A DNA stretch of 41,995 nt, taken from Pseudomonadota bacterium (GTDB lineage: Bacteria; Pseudomonadota; Gammaproteobacteria; Ga0077536). The translations under genes were made by a program, and so were the position numbers. Of this stretch, positions 32,479 to 41,700 are shown piece after piece (position 1 is the stretch's first letter; each line of letters opens with the position of its first letter). Below the pieces are notes generated by a model that saw only the letters and a program-made list of their open reading frames with translations, was not told where the DNA came from and did not search any database. The DNA lies in contig JANMJF010000603.1 in the NCBI GenBank assembly GCA_031371245.1, positions 1-41,995 on the forward strand. The letters are read 5' to 3'.

Positions 32479-32931
32479 ATGGAGATCGTTGAAGTCGGAC
32501 TCGCCGGCTACATGCCCAGCACCGAATGTCAGCACCGCGACCGTGCGCCAGTGCAGATTGCACCGAGAATTTCGATCCAGCTGCTGCAGGTGGACTTCGA
32601 CCACAACATCCGCATCACGCGTGCCCGACTCGACCCGGGCGTAAGGCTGCGCACCCACATCCACACCGGCCATGTGTTTGCATGGACGCTATCCGGCACC
32701 TGGAAGTACATCGAATATGAGCTGAGCAGCTACGCCAATTCTTATCTGTACGAACCGGCCGGTTCGTCGCACACGCTGCTCGTCCCTGAAAACAGCAAGG
32801 TGCCTGCGGATGTCATCTTCATCGTCCATGGCTCCAATGTCGAGCTCGGGCCCGAGGGCGAATTCGAGGGCATCACCGACGCCGCGCAGATCGCTCGCGC
32901 CTACATGGATCAGACTCATCGAATGCGCTAA
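32479..32931 (+). CDS. 2,4'-dihydroxyacetophenone dioxygenase-like cupin family protein
   Basis: ...ISIQLLQVDFDHNIRITRARLDPGVRLRTHIHTGHVFAWTLSGTWKYIEY...YLYEPAGSSHTL... shows the cupin H-x-H...G-x-W-x-Y-x-E pattern of the DAD family. Start is ATG 32479 or TTG 32470. Confidence 0.7.
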   Translation: MEIVEVGLAGYMPSTECQHRDRAPVQIAPRISIQLLQVDFDHNIRITRARLDPGVRLRTHIHTGHVFAWTLSGTWKYIEYELSSYANSYLYEPAGSSHTLLVPENSKVPADVIFIVHGSNVELGPEGEFEGITDAAQIARAYMDQTHRMR

Positions 32932-32968
32932 CTTATAGACTTGGGGATGTCCCTGGGGAGGATGACCG

Positions 32969-33349
32969 ATGGCTGATTCGGGCGCTAAGGATCCGGCCGC
33001 GCTGTGGCGCGAGATGGTGGGTCAGTGGGAGAAGACCGCCAACACGCTCGCCACGGGCTACATGGGCACTAACGAGTTCAGCCGCGAGGCGAACCGCGTG
33101 ATGAGCGCCTCGCGGCATATCCAGAAAGGCATGCAGGAGGTCATGGGGCGTTACCTCGACGCGCTGAACCTGCCGACCAAGACCGACATTGACGGGTTGG
33201 GCGAACGCCTGCACGCGATCGAGGACGAACTCAGCCGCGTGAGTGCAGCAATCGAGAAGCTCGCGGGTTCGAGCGACGGTCCGGCTGGCGGCGTGCCGCG
33301 CGTCGCGCGCACCAAGCGCTTCGCACCGAAAGGGGAGCACAAGGCATGA
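32969..33349 (+). CDS. small PhaE/phasin-like coiled-coil protein
   Basis: GGGGAGGA RBS. 126 aa. ...YLDALNLPTKTDIDGLGERLHAIEDELSRV... is the LN-h-P-T/S-+-x-D/E-h-x-x-L motif seen in PhaE C-terminal regions and in phasins. The stop overlaps the phaC start (ATGA at 33346-33349). Confidence 0.6.
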   Translation: MADSGAKDPAALWREMVGQWEKTANTLATGYMGTNEFSREANRVMSASRHIQKGMQEVMGRYLDALNLPTKTDIDGLGERLHAIEDELSRVSAAIEKLAGSSDGPAGGVPRVARTKRFAPKGEHKA

Positions 33350-34425
33350 ACGCGACCAACGCCACTCCCGCATCTGTCAGCACCCGTATGCGCGAGGAGG
33401 TCGAGCGCGCCTTCCAGCGCACGGTCAAGGGGTTTGCCTTCCTCACCGCGCCCGAGCCGCCGGTCGGCCTCACGCCCAAGCACGTGCTGCACCACCGGGG
33501 CACGCAACGGGTCGTCCACTACCTACCGATGGCCGATGAGGTCTACCGTGTGCCCGTGCTGCTCATCGTCCCCCCTTCGAATCGCGGCTATGGAATGGAC
33601 ATGTTGCCCGGGCAGAGCCTCGTCGAGTTCCTGCTCAAAGCGGGCTTCGATGTCTACATGCTCGAGTATACCGAGCCGCGGCGGAGCGAGGCCCGACTGA
33701 GCTTCGACGACTACGTGCTGCGCTTCCTTGCGGATGCCGTGCAGCGGGTGCTCCGCGATTCCGGAGAAACACAGCTCTCCCTGCTGGGTTACTGCGCCGC
33801 CGGCGTGATGGCCGCGTGCTACGCTGCGCTTACGACGCAAGGACCGGTAGCCAATCTGGTGTGCCTGACGACACCCGCCGATTTCCATCAGATGGAGATG
33901 CACCGCAACCTCACCGACCCGCGATATTTCGACGTCGATCGCGCCATCGATGCGAACGGCATGGTGCCGGGCGAAGCATTCCTGCTCGGCGCGACCATGC
34001 TGCGCCCGGTGACACCCATCGCAGAGCGGATGCGGCTATGGGACAACATGTGGAACGACGAGTACGTAACCCAGTTCCGGCGCTTTGACGGCTGGGCCTC
34101 GGACACGCTGCCGCTGCCCGGCGCCTATATGCGCCAGCTCATCAAGGAACTGATGATCGAGAACCGGCTCTTGAGGGGCGAGTTCGTGCTCGGCGGCCGG
34201 CGCGTCGATCTCGGCGCCATTACCATTCCATTTCTGCACGTGGTCGCCGAACACGACCATCTGGTCCCGCGCGGCGCGTCGCAGCCGCTGATCGGCATGA
34301 TCGGCTCTGCAGACAAGGAGGAGATCGTCCTGAAGGGCGGACACCTGAGCGTGGTCACGGGCCCGAACGCAAGGACGCGCCTGTGGCCCAAACTCGAGGC
34401 ATGGCTGGGGGAACGATCAGCATGA
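33346..34425 (+). CDS. phaC: class III-type poly(R)-hydroxyalkanoate synthase catalytic subunit (PhaC-like alpha/beta hydrolase)
   Basis: 359 aa (class III PhaC is ~355 aa). ...VPVLLIVPPSNRGYGMDM...SLVEFLLKAGFDVYML... Lipase-box-like LLGYCAAG (catalytic Cys). ...FLHVVAEHDHLVP (Asp). ...VLKGGHLSVV (His). Confidence 0.8.
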   Translation: MNATNATPASVSTRMREEVERAFQRTVKGFAFLTAPEPPVGLTPKHVLHHRGTQRVVHYLPMADEVYRVPVLLIVPPSNRGYGMDMLPGQSLVEFLLKAGFDVYMLEYTEPRRSEARLSFDDYVLRFLADAVQRVLRDSGETQLSLLGYCAAGVMAACYAALTTQGPVANLVCLTTPADFHQMEMHRNLTDPRYFDVDRAIDANGMVPGEAFLLGATMLRPVTPIAERMRLWDNMWNDEYVTQFRRFDGWASDTLPLPGAYMRQLIKELMIENRLLRGEFVLGGRRVDLGAITIPFLHVVAEHDHLVPRGASQPLIGMIGSADKEEIVLKGGHLSVVTGPNARTRLWPKLEAWLGERSA

Positions 34426-35015
34426 ATGGGGACACTTCGCGCAGATATCCGCGCAGCATCGAGCTCGGCAATGACGCATTTGAGCTGCGCTACATGGCAC
34501 AGGGCGACGGCGCGGCGGTGGCCGCCTTCGCTGACGCGCTGCCACCACACGACCTGCTGTTCATGCGACGGGACATCACGCAACCGAAGGTGATATCCGC
34601 GTGGCTTCGCGGTATCGCCGCCGGCAAGATCACGACGCTGCTCGCCACCCGCAACGGACGTGTGAGCGGGTGCGTCGCGCTCATCCGCGACGAGCTGTCC
34701 TGGTCACCCCACGTCGGCGAGATGCGACTGGTGCTGGACCCCGCGGTACGCGGGCGTGGACTTGGCCGGGCGCTTGCCGACGAATGCTTCGCCATTGCCC
34801 TGAGCCTGGGTATCGAGAAGATTGTCGCTCACATGACGGTCGATCAGCAGGCCGCCATCGCGGTGTTCGAGGAACTCGGGTTCCGCCCCGAGGCGATGTT
34901 GAGCGAACACGTCCGCGACCGTCAGGGCGTCAAGCACGACGTCGCCATCCTGAGCCAGGACGTCAACCGCTTGCTGGCGCGACTTGAAACCTTCGGCCTT
35001 CACGCACCCGGCTAA
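34422..35015 (+). CDS. GNAT-family N-acetyltransferase
   Basis: ATG 34422 overlaps the phaC stop (ATGA). Acetyl-CoA motif VRGRGLGRALADE (R-x-x-G-x-G), then ...AIAVFEELGFRPEA... Confidence 0.85.
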   Translation: MNGDTSRRYPRSIELGNDAFELRYMAQGDGAAVAAFADALPPHDLLFMRRDITQPKVISAWLRGIAAGKITTLLATRNGRVSGCVALIRDELSWSPHVGEMRLVLDPAVRGRGLGRALADECFAIALSLGIEKIVAHMTVDQQAAIAVFEELGFRPEAMLSEHVRDRQGVKHDVAILSQDVNRLLARLETFGLHAPG

Positions 35016-35030
35016 CAGGCGCGCCGCCGA

Positions 35031-36575
35031 TCACGTTCCGGACTTTTTGCGCGGACCGCCGCCGCGCTTGCGGTAGATCTTGCGCACATCGTGATCGGTA
35101 TGGTGATCCAGGATGACATCGAGGGTCCGTCCGATTTTGGTCGCGATACGAATCTGCTCGAGTCGCGGCCAAGTCGCTCGCCGACCTTCCTGGTAGAGCT
35201 CGTCGATCTCGCTGGCCTTGAGATGGCCGAGCACCTTGCGCGGATCGACCAGGCGGAACGACGGAGCAATGTTGATGTCGCCGGTGTACTCCTGCGCGTA
35301 CAGCGAATAGAACATGTTCAAACGTTGACCGACGTTGGGCCATGGGCCCAGATAGCGGCGCGAGAACTGCTCACCAGCACGCAACCATTCCCGGCTCGCG
35401 TGCCGCCACACGTCTTTCACGGCTTTCGGCCCCGGCCACAGTTCGTCGCTCTTGAGTAGCAGCAGCGAGAAAGGATTGGCCTGGCTGACGATGTAGTGGT
35501 TCACGCCGTAGAGCCGCGCCAGCCGCTTGGCCGGCAGATCGTCCGTGACCGCGCCGTCGACCCAGCTCTTGTCGGGCAAATAGGGTTGTGGCTCGCCATG
35601 TACGTTCTTCGCGCTCAGCTTCTGCGGATCGAGCACGCCTGGCGCGGCGCAGGACGCGAGAACGGCCGAGCGGACGTAGACATTAGGCGACGTCGTCGCG
35701 TTCATCAGCCGCGAAGCCTGGTGCTTCTCGACGGACGCGATCGTGATGTTGATCATGCGGCCGGTCTTCTCCAGCGCCTCCTGGAAGGTGAGATCCGCCA
35801 CCAGCAGATCGACCAGTTGGTAGACTTCCGCCGCCTTGATCTGTGGTCTGCGGAAGCGCCAATTCGGCGTGCCGAAAATCTGCTTGCATACGGGTGCGAG
35901 CGCGCCAGATGCAAAGAATGCGTGCAGCTCGTCGTCGTCGTTAGTGCCGAGCACCCCCGCGATCAGAGCGCCTCCGCTCGATCCCGAGACCACGGTCGGC
36001 AGGAGATTCTCGTCCATCAGGGTTTTCACGACGCCGGCATGAAAATGGAGCAAGGATCCCGCCCCGCTCAGCATCAGCGCCGAGCGCCCGAAGCAATGGC
36101 TTGCGCGCTCGAAAAAATCGAGCTTGTCCTGCCAGGCGATAGCGCTCTCGGGTAGCGAAGAAACATGCTTGAGGCTATCTATCAGCTCGTCGACGTAGTC
36201 GGCGATGAGCTGCTTGGTGCCGAAGCGCGCCGCCTCGTACAGGCTGCTCTGGCCGATACCGCTCATATTGCCGTGTAAGCCCTCGTTCAGAACGAACAAC
36301 AGGCCTATGTCGTCGCCGCGCGCGCGCAGATCGCGCAGTTCCTGCAGCCGCCGGCCGATGTCGGCGTAGTCGTAGTCGTCACTCTCTTCGGTCTGTTTCC
36401 ACGCGTCCATGCCCGACACTCGGTCGTGCTCGCGCGCGGCTTGTTGCCACTCCTCGTAGCGCGAAGCCTGGGCCAGGCGGCCTTCGAGATCGTCGAGGGT
36501 TTGGTCGGTCCGTGCGCGAGGTGCTTTGGATTTCAATGGGGCGGTCCTCCGAAGATAAGTCGAATGCGCAGCCAT
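35031..36575 (-). CDS. DUF3336 + patatin-like phospholipase/triacylglycerol lipase
   Basis: N-terminal ...ASRYEEWQQAAREHD... (DUF3336-like). LSGAGSLLHFHAGVV oxyanion region, GSSGGA (G-x-S-x-G), and WVDGAVTDD (catalytic D-G-A). Confidence 0.9.
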   Translation of the reverse strand: MAAHSTYLRRTAPLKSKAPRARTDQTLDDLEGRLAQASRYEEWQQAAREHDRVSGMDAWKQTEESDDYDYADIGRRLQELRDLRARGDDIGLLFVLNEGLHGNMSGIGQSSLYEAARFGTKQLIADYVDELIDSLKHVSSLPESAIAWQDKLDFFERASHCFGRSALMLSGAGSLLHFHAGVVKTLMDENLLPTVVSGSSGGALIAGVLGTNDDDELHAFFASGALAPVCKQIFGTPNWRFRRPQIKAAEVYQLVDLLVADLTFQEALEKTGRMINITIASVEKHQASRLMNATTSPNVYVRSAVLASCAAPGVLDPQKLSAKNVHGEPQPYLPDKSWVDGAVTDDLPAKRLARLYGVNHYIVSQANPFSLLLLKSDELWPGPKAVKDVWRHASREWLRAGEQFSRRYLGPWPNVGQRLNMFYSLYAQEYTGDINIAPSFRLVDPRKVLGHLKASEIDELYQEGRRATWPRLEQIRIATKIGRTLDVILDHHTDHDVRKIYRKRGGGPRKKSGT

Positions 36576-36841
36576 TGAATGGCGGCGAAGCCCTCAAGGT
36601 CAAGCCTGCCGGCAACCACTCTATCGGTGGCGAAAACGAACCACATCGGAGGCAGCGACGCGACGCAAATTATCGTCTAGTATTTTCCCCAGGCGTTCAG
36701 CCACCGACGTCATCAACCAGCTACACAAGGAGAATCTCAGCCCGCGCCGGGCAATCACCGTCGCCGACTTCGAGCGCGACTGGCGCGCGCTGGGGCGCAG
36801 GCATAACACCTTAGGTCGTTTTACGAGGGGGAGGTTTGGAA

Positions 36842-38458
36842 ATGTCGCAACAATTCGACGTCGTCGTGATCGGCGCAGGCGTGTCAGGTCTTTACGCATT
36901 ACATAAGCTGCGCGAATGCGGGCTCTCGACGCGCGTTATCGACGCTGGATCCGACGTAGGTGGCACCTGGTACTGGAATCGCTATCCGGGCGCGCGCTTC
37001 GATTCGGAGTCCTACACCTATCAGTACTCTTTCTCGCGCGAACTGATCGAGGAATGGAACTGGAGCGAGCATTTCGCCGCCCAGCCCGAGATTGAGCGCT
37101 ACCTGCAACACGTCGCGGACAAGTTTGATCTGCGACGGGACATCACGTTCAACGCACGCGTGGAGTCGGTGATCTTCGACGAGACCGACAAACTGTGGAA
37201 TATCGTCACGGATTCCGGGCTCCATGTGCGCGCGCGCAACGTGATGGCCGCTACCGGGTTCATGTCGGCGCACCAATACCCGGACATCCCCGGTATGGAC
37301 ACCTTCAAAGGCGTCGCGGTCCACACCGCGCGCTGGCCGCGCGAAGGGCTCGATCTGCGCGGCAAGCGGGTCGGCGTGATCGGCACCGGCGCCACGGCCG
37401 TGCAGGTCATTCAGACCATTGCCCCCGAGGTCGGACACCTCACGCTGTTCCAACGCACCCCGAACTGGTGCGTGCCCTTGAGGAACCGGCCCATCGATGC
37501 GGACACGCAACGCGATCTCAAGGCGCGCGCGGAGCAGATCTTCGCGCACTGCCGGGAGACCTACGCCGGCTTCATCCATAAGGCCGATGAGCGCATGGGG
37601 GCCAACCTGTCCAAGGAACAACGCTGGGAGCACTACCAGACCTTGTACGATCGCGGCGGGTTCGCGCTGTGGCTCTCGAACTTCAGCGACGCGTTCACCG
37701 ACCGCGCGATCGCTGAGGACGTCAGCGCATTCCTCGCCGAGAAGATCCGGCAACGCGTGCGCGACCCCCAACTCGCCGCGAAGCTGATCCCGACCGATCA
37801 TCTCTACGGTACCAAACGCCCACCCGGCGAGAAGGACTACTACGAGATCTTCAACCTCGACCACGTCGAGCACGTCGACCTGCGCGACACGCCGATAGAG
37901 CACGTCACGGCAAAGGGCATCGAGACCCAGCTCCACGGTGGGTCATCCCGACTCCACGAGCTTGACGTCATCGTTTACGCGACCGGCTTCCGCGCCATGA
38001 CCGGCGAACTGCTGCGCATGAACATCGTCGGCGAGAACGGCCTGTCGCTGGAGGAGAAGTGGGAATGCGGCCCCAAGACCCACCTCGGCGTGCAGTTCGC
38101 GGGCTTCCCGAATTTTTTCGCGGTGCTCGGTCCGCACAATCCCGCCGCGTTCTGCAACATCACGCGCTGCGCTGAAAGCAACGTCGACTGGATCATCAAC
38201 TGCATCCGTTACGTCGAGGAACGCGGTTGCACCACCATTCAACCAAGTGTGGAGTCCGAAGAGACCTGGACGCAGCGCTGTTACGATTCGGCCAAGGGCA
38301 TGCTGTTCGCCGACGTCAAGAACTCGTGGTTCTTCGGTTATCACAACCGTGGCGGCGAACAGGGCCGCTTCCTGGTCTTCACCGAGGGCGTGCCGGCGTA
38401 CGACCGGATATTCTCGGAAACCGCGCGGAGCGGCTACGAGGGCTTCGAGATTCGCTGA
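36842..38458 (+). CDS. Baeyer-Villiger (type I flavin-containing) monooxygenase
   Basis: GGGGGAGG RBS. FDVVVIGAGVSGL (FAD). DVGGTWYWNRYPGARFDSES. BVMO fingerprint FKGVAVHTARWP (F-x-G-x3-H-x3-W-P). VGVIGTGATAVQ (NADPH). Confidence 0.95.
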   Translation: MSQQFDVVVIGAGVSGLYALHKLRECGLSTRVIDAGSDVGGTWYWNRYPGARFDSESYTYQYSFSRELIEEWNWSEHFAAQPEIERYLQHVADKFDLRRDITFNARVESVIFDETDKLWNIVTDSGLHVRARNVMAATGFMSAHQYPDIPGMDTFKGVAVHTARWPREGLDLRGKRVGVIGTGATAVQVIQTIAPEVGHLTLFQRTPNWCVPLRNRPIDADTQRDLKARAEQIFAHCRETYAGFIHKADERMGANLSKEQRWEHYQTLYDRGGFALWLSNFSDAFTDRAIAEDVSAFLAEKIRQRVRDPQLAAKLIPTDHLYGTKRPPGEKDYYEIFNLDHVEHVDLRDTPIEHVTAKGIETQLHGGSSRLHELDVIVYATGFRAMTGELLRMNIVGENGLSLEEKWECGPKTHLGVQFAGFPNFFAVLGPHNPAAFCNITRCAESNVDWIINCIRYVEERGCTTIQPSVESEETWTQRCYDSAKGMLFADVKNSWFFGYHNRGGEQGRFLVFTEGVPAYDRIFSETARSGYEGFEIR

Positions 38459-38614
38459 AGGGCTGGCAACTGACTGCGCCACATCGCGCAGTTTGACTGT
38501 CGGAGACGCGCGGTTGGATCGAGGATGGTGTGGTTACACACCGGCAGGCGACGCTCTAGGCCGGCTTTGGACGCGAGGAATGGCCAGCCGGGGATGGCGT
38601 CGGGCCGGCGGCAA

Positions 38615-38631
38615 GCGCAAATAATTTGCGC
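38615..38631. promoter_or_regulatory. perfect 17-bp palindrome, candidate operator
   Basis: GCGCAAAT-A-ATTTGCGC lies about 70 nt upstream of the methyltransferase start, inside a 240-nt intergenic region. Confidence 0.25.
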
Positions 38632-38702
38632 AGGTCCAAGCTGTACGGAGCCATAATCCTTAGGGCGGCGCAGCCCGCAAAATTGGCAGGTGGCTGAAGT
38701 CC

Positions 38703-39560
38703 ATGGAACCTACCCGGTATAGCCGGACCGCCGAAGCGGCGGCATTTCTGCGCGCCTTGCACCGCCACGTCGATGCGCGGCCCTGGGTGTTCGAAGACGG
38801 TGCCGTGGAGGTGTTGCTATCGGCGCCGAGTCAACATTACATGCGACGGCTCGATGCCCTCGCGCACTCGTGGATGGCGGTCTGGCGCCGCCGCCGCAGC
38901 GGCTTGGCTTCGATGCGCGCCCAGATTGTCGTGCGTGCCCGCTTTACCGAAGACGCACTTTTCGCCCACGGACCGCGGCAATATCTGGTACTCGCCGCCG
39001 GGCTCGACACGTTTGCGCTGCGTTACGCCAGCGCCGGAGTTCAGGTATTCGAGGTCGACCACCCCGCGACTCAGGCCTGGAAGCGTGACCGGATTGTGTC
39101 GCTGCCAGCATGCCTGTGCTTCGTGCCGGTGGACTTCGAACGCGACACCGCAGCGGGCGCGCTCGCGGCCACCTCATTCGACACCAGCTTGCCGACATTC
39201 GTATCGTGGCTGGGCACCACCTACTATCTTACCCGCGCTGCTATTGTTCAGACGCTGCGCGATGTGCGCGAGCGCACCCCTGCCGGGACACGGCTGGTGC
39301 TCGACTACTGGAGCGAGGCGCCTGAGTTCGATGCTCGCGCAAGCCTGCTACTGGCAGGCACCCGCTTCGCGACCGCTTATCAGGGCGAGCCGATCCGCTC
39401 TTTGTTCGCGGTCGCGGACATGCATGCACTGGCCGAAGACAACGGTTGGCGAGTGCGCGAGCATCTCGCGCCAGCCGCGCAGAATGCGCGTTATCTGACC
39501 CGGCGTAACGATGGCCTCGCCGTGCCGAGCTTTGCCTATCTCATGGAGCTCGTGCACTGA
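38703..39560 (+). CDS. class I SAM-dependent methyltransferase (TIGR00027 / leucine-carboxyl-MT-like family)
   Basis: ...YLVLAAGLDTFALRY...VFEVDHPATQAWKR...FVSWLGTTYYL... is the characteristic motif set of this (mostly actinobacterial) family. Confidence 0.85.
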   Translation: MEPTRYSRTAEAAAFLRALHRHVDARPWVFEDGAVEVLLSAPSQHYMRRLDALAHSWMAVWRRRRSGLASMRAQIVVRARFTEDALFAHGPRQYLVLAAGLDTFALRYASAGVQVFEVDHPATQAWKRDRIVSLPACLCFVPVDFERDTAAGALAATSFDTSLPTFVSWLGTTYYLTRAAIVQTLRDVRERTPAGTRLVLDYWSEAPEFDARASLLLAGTRFATAYQGEPIRSLFAVADMHALAEDNGWRVREHLAPAAQNARYLTRRNDGLAVPSFAYLMELVH

Positions 39561-39697
39561 TTGTCGCCTGTTGGCGAAAGCCAAAGCTGGGCATCGGGTA
39601 AGTCCAGTGGGTGTACTTGACTACCATCGCTCGGCAATAGCGCCGCAGCCGCCAGCGGGCTTTGCGCCGCCGATCTCATGCTTACCGAGGACTTGCC

Positions 39698-41140
39698 ATG
39701 CTGCAGCTTTCCGGCCTTGATACTGCATTTCTCAACATGGAAACCAATACTACCTTCGGCCATGTGGCAACGCTCATGTTGTTCGATGGTGCGGGCTTCC
39801 GCGACAGCAATCCCTATGCAGCGATCCGCAGCCATTTTCAGTCCTGCGCCCGCCGGCTACCGCCGCTGTATCGACGGCTTGTCGAAGTGCCGTTCGGACT
39901 CGATCGCCCCTATTGGATCGACGAGGGCGAAGTGGATATCGACTTCCACGTCCGCCACATCGGGGTGCCGCCACCGGGTAATACGGCGCAACTCGCCGAG
40001 CTGATCGCACACCTGGTCGAGCGTCCACTCGATCGCAATCGGCCATTGTGGGATTTACACGTCATCGAGGGGCTCGAGTCAAACGAGATCGCCTTATTGT
40101 TCAAGACCCATCATGCCGCCGCCGATGGCGCGTCGAGTATGGTCATGTTCAGCGACATATTCAGTAGTAGTCGGGATCCCGTGCCACCCGCGGCTGCCGC
40201 ACAGCGAACTGTCGAAGACATGCCGGAGGCCTGGGAACTGCTGGCACGCGCCTATGGGTCGATGCTGCGCCACCCCTTGCGCGGCCTGGGTATGCAGATG
40301 CGCGCCCTGCGTACTGTCTTGGGCAGTGGAGTGGGTGGGCAGAGCGCCGGAAGTGGAGATGCGCGCTTGTCGCGCTGGCTGTCGGGTGCAGCGATCGACA
40401 ACCTGGCCAACGCGGTGATGGTCGCACCGCGCACACCATTCAATGCCACGGTCTCTTCGCATCGGCGCATGGCGTTCACGCCCGTTGCGCTGGAGCGCCT
40501 GAAGAACATCAAGCAGGCCGCCGAGTCGACGCTCAACGATGTCGTGATGAGCGTTTGCGCGGGCGCGTTGCGCCGCTATCTGCTACGCAAGGGCGCATTG
40601 CCGGAGCAGCCCCTAATTGCGATGGTGCCGGTTTCAGTGCGCACCGGCGAGGAAGAAGAACTGTATAGCAACCACGTCTCGTCGATACTCAGTGAACTGG
40701 CCACCGACACGCCGGATCCACGGGCGCGACTGAACCGGATCCGCAGCTCGATGCAAAACGCCAAGGAGATCCACAATGCTATCCCTGCCAGTCTGTTGCA
40801 GGATTTCAGCAAGTTTGCCGCGCCGGCGGTCGCCGCCCAGGCCGCGCGCACCGTGGCGCGTCTGCGTCTGGCCGATCAGGTCGCCCCGATCAGTAATGTA
40901 GTGATTTCGAACGTGCCGGGTTCTCGCGAAACACTCTATCTGGCCGGCGCCGAGCTCACGGCGCTGGTGCCGGTGTCGACGGTGAGCGACGGCATGGGTT
41001 TGAACATGACGGTCATCAGTTACCGCGAACGCGTGGTGTTCGGCTATGTCGCCTGCCGCGATTTGGTGCCGGATCTGTGGGACTTGATCGACGACACTCG
41101 AGCGGCAGTCGACGAGCTGGCCGAGGCCTACCGCGTCTGA
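39698..41140 (+). CDS. wax ester synthase/acyl-CoA:diacylglycerol acyltransferase (WS/DGAT)
   Basis: GAGGA RBS. MLQLSGLDTAFLNMETNTTFGHV... Active-site HHAAADG (H-H-x3-D-G). ...NVPGS...LYLAGA... C-terminal motif. 480 aa. Confidence 0.95.
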   Translation: MLQLSGLDTAFLNMETNTTFGHVATLMLFDGAGFRDSNPYAAIRSHFQSCARRLPPLYRRLVEVPFGLDRPYWIDEGEVDIDFHVRHIGVPPPGNTAQLAELIAHLVERPLDRNRPLWDLHVIEGLESNEIALLFKTHHAAADGASSMVMFSDIFSSSRDPVPPAAAAQRTVEDMPEAWELLARAYGSMLRHPLRGLGMQMRALRTVLGSGVGGQSAGSGDARLSRWLSGAAIDNLANAVMVAPRTPFNATVSSHRRMAFTPVALERLKNIKQAAESTLNDVVMSVCAGALRRYLLRKGALPEQPLIAMVPVSVRTGEEEELYSNHVSSILSELATDTPDPRARLNRIRSSMQNAKEIHNAIPASLLQDFSKFAAPAVAAQAARTVARLRLADQVAPISNVVISNVPGSRETLYLAGAELTALVPVSTVSDGMGLNMTVISYRERVVFGYVACRDLVPDLWDLIDDTRAAVDELAEAYRV

Positions 41141-41700
41141 GCGCGAAATGTGCCGCGAGCGGCGCAGTGCCGGTAGGGTCTGCGCTATCTGCGCGTCGCG
41201 GTTTCGGCGGCGAATCGCGCCGACGCTCGAGATCGTCTGCCACCTGGGACAGAGGCGCTCAGCAAGCTGTGATGGCGGGAGGGGCACCAAAAAATTCAGC
41301 CAAGATATTGTAATTGCTTTGAATTCGTTGGCTGAGGATGCATAGATACCCCGAAATTTACCCCCGAGCCAATGCCCACCGCGATGGGCGCCGCCGCTGC
41401 TTCGGCGCGGGTGCCAAGCCGCGTCGCACAGGGGTATTGCGATCAGCTTGCACTATATCCTCGGGGCGGTCTGTTGGCTGAGGTTATCCAACTCATTGCT
41501 TGAGACCCAACCAGTGGAATGCCCCAAGTGGTTTCAGCTACCCGAAGCCGATGTTTGCAATGCAAAAGACTGGAATTGACATATCAGCGCCTTAAGGAAC
41601 ATTTACCGCATGGGAGTGTCTATTTTCGTGTAAAGTTACTTCAGATCGCTCCGATAAGAGAGCTTGGCAACACCGGTAAATGTAGCTAAGGAGGCTAGGC

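Noticed and set aside
32449-32505. Minus-strand peptide GESDFNDLHRTQGLDAVRA resembling the C-terminal motif of Toprim primases.
   Set aside because: I did not call it as a gene. It is only ~19 aa, it overlaps the 5' end of the plus-strand cupin gene, and the surrounding minus-strand ORF (32227-32673) has no other primase motifs. I keep it only as weak supporting context for the repeat-bracketed cassette.
41328-41482. 11-nt direct repeat GTTGGCTGAGG at about 41328 and about 41470.
   Set aside because: By a rough uniform-base estimate, a couple of 11-mer repeats within 200 bp are expected by chance in 42 kb. No additional colinear blocks support it.
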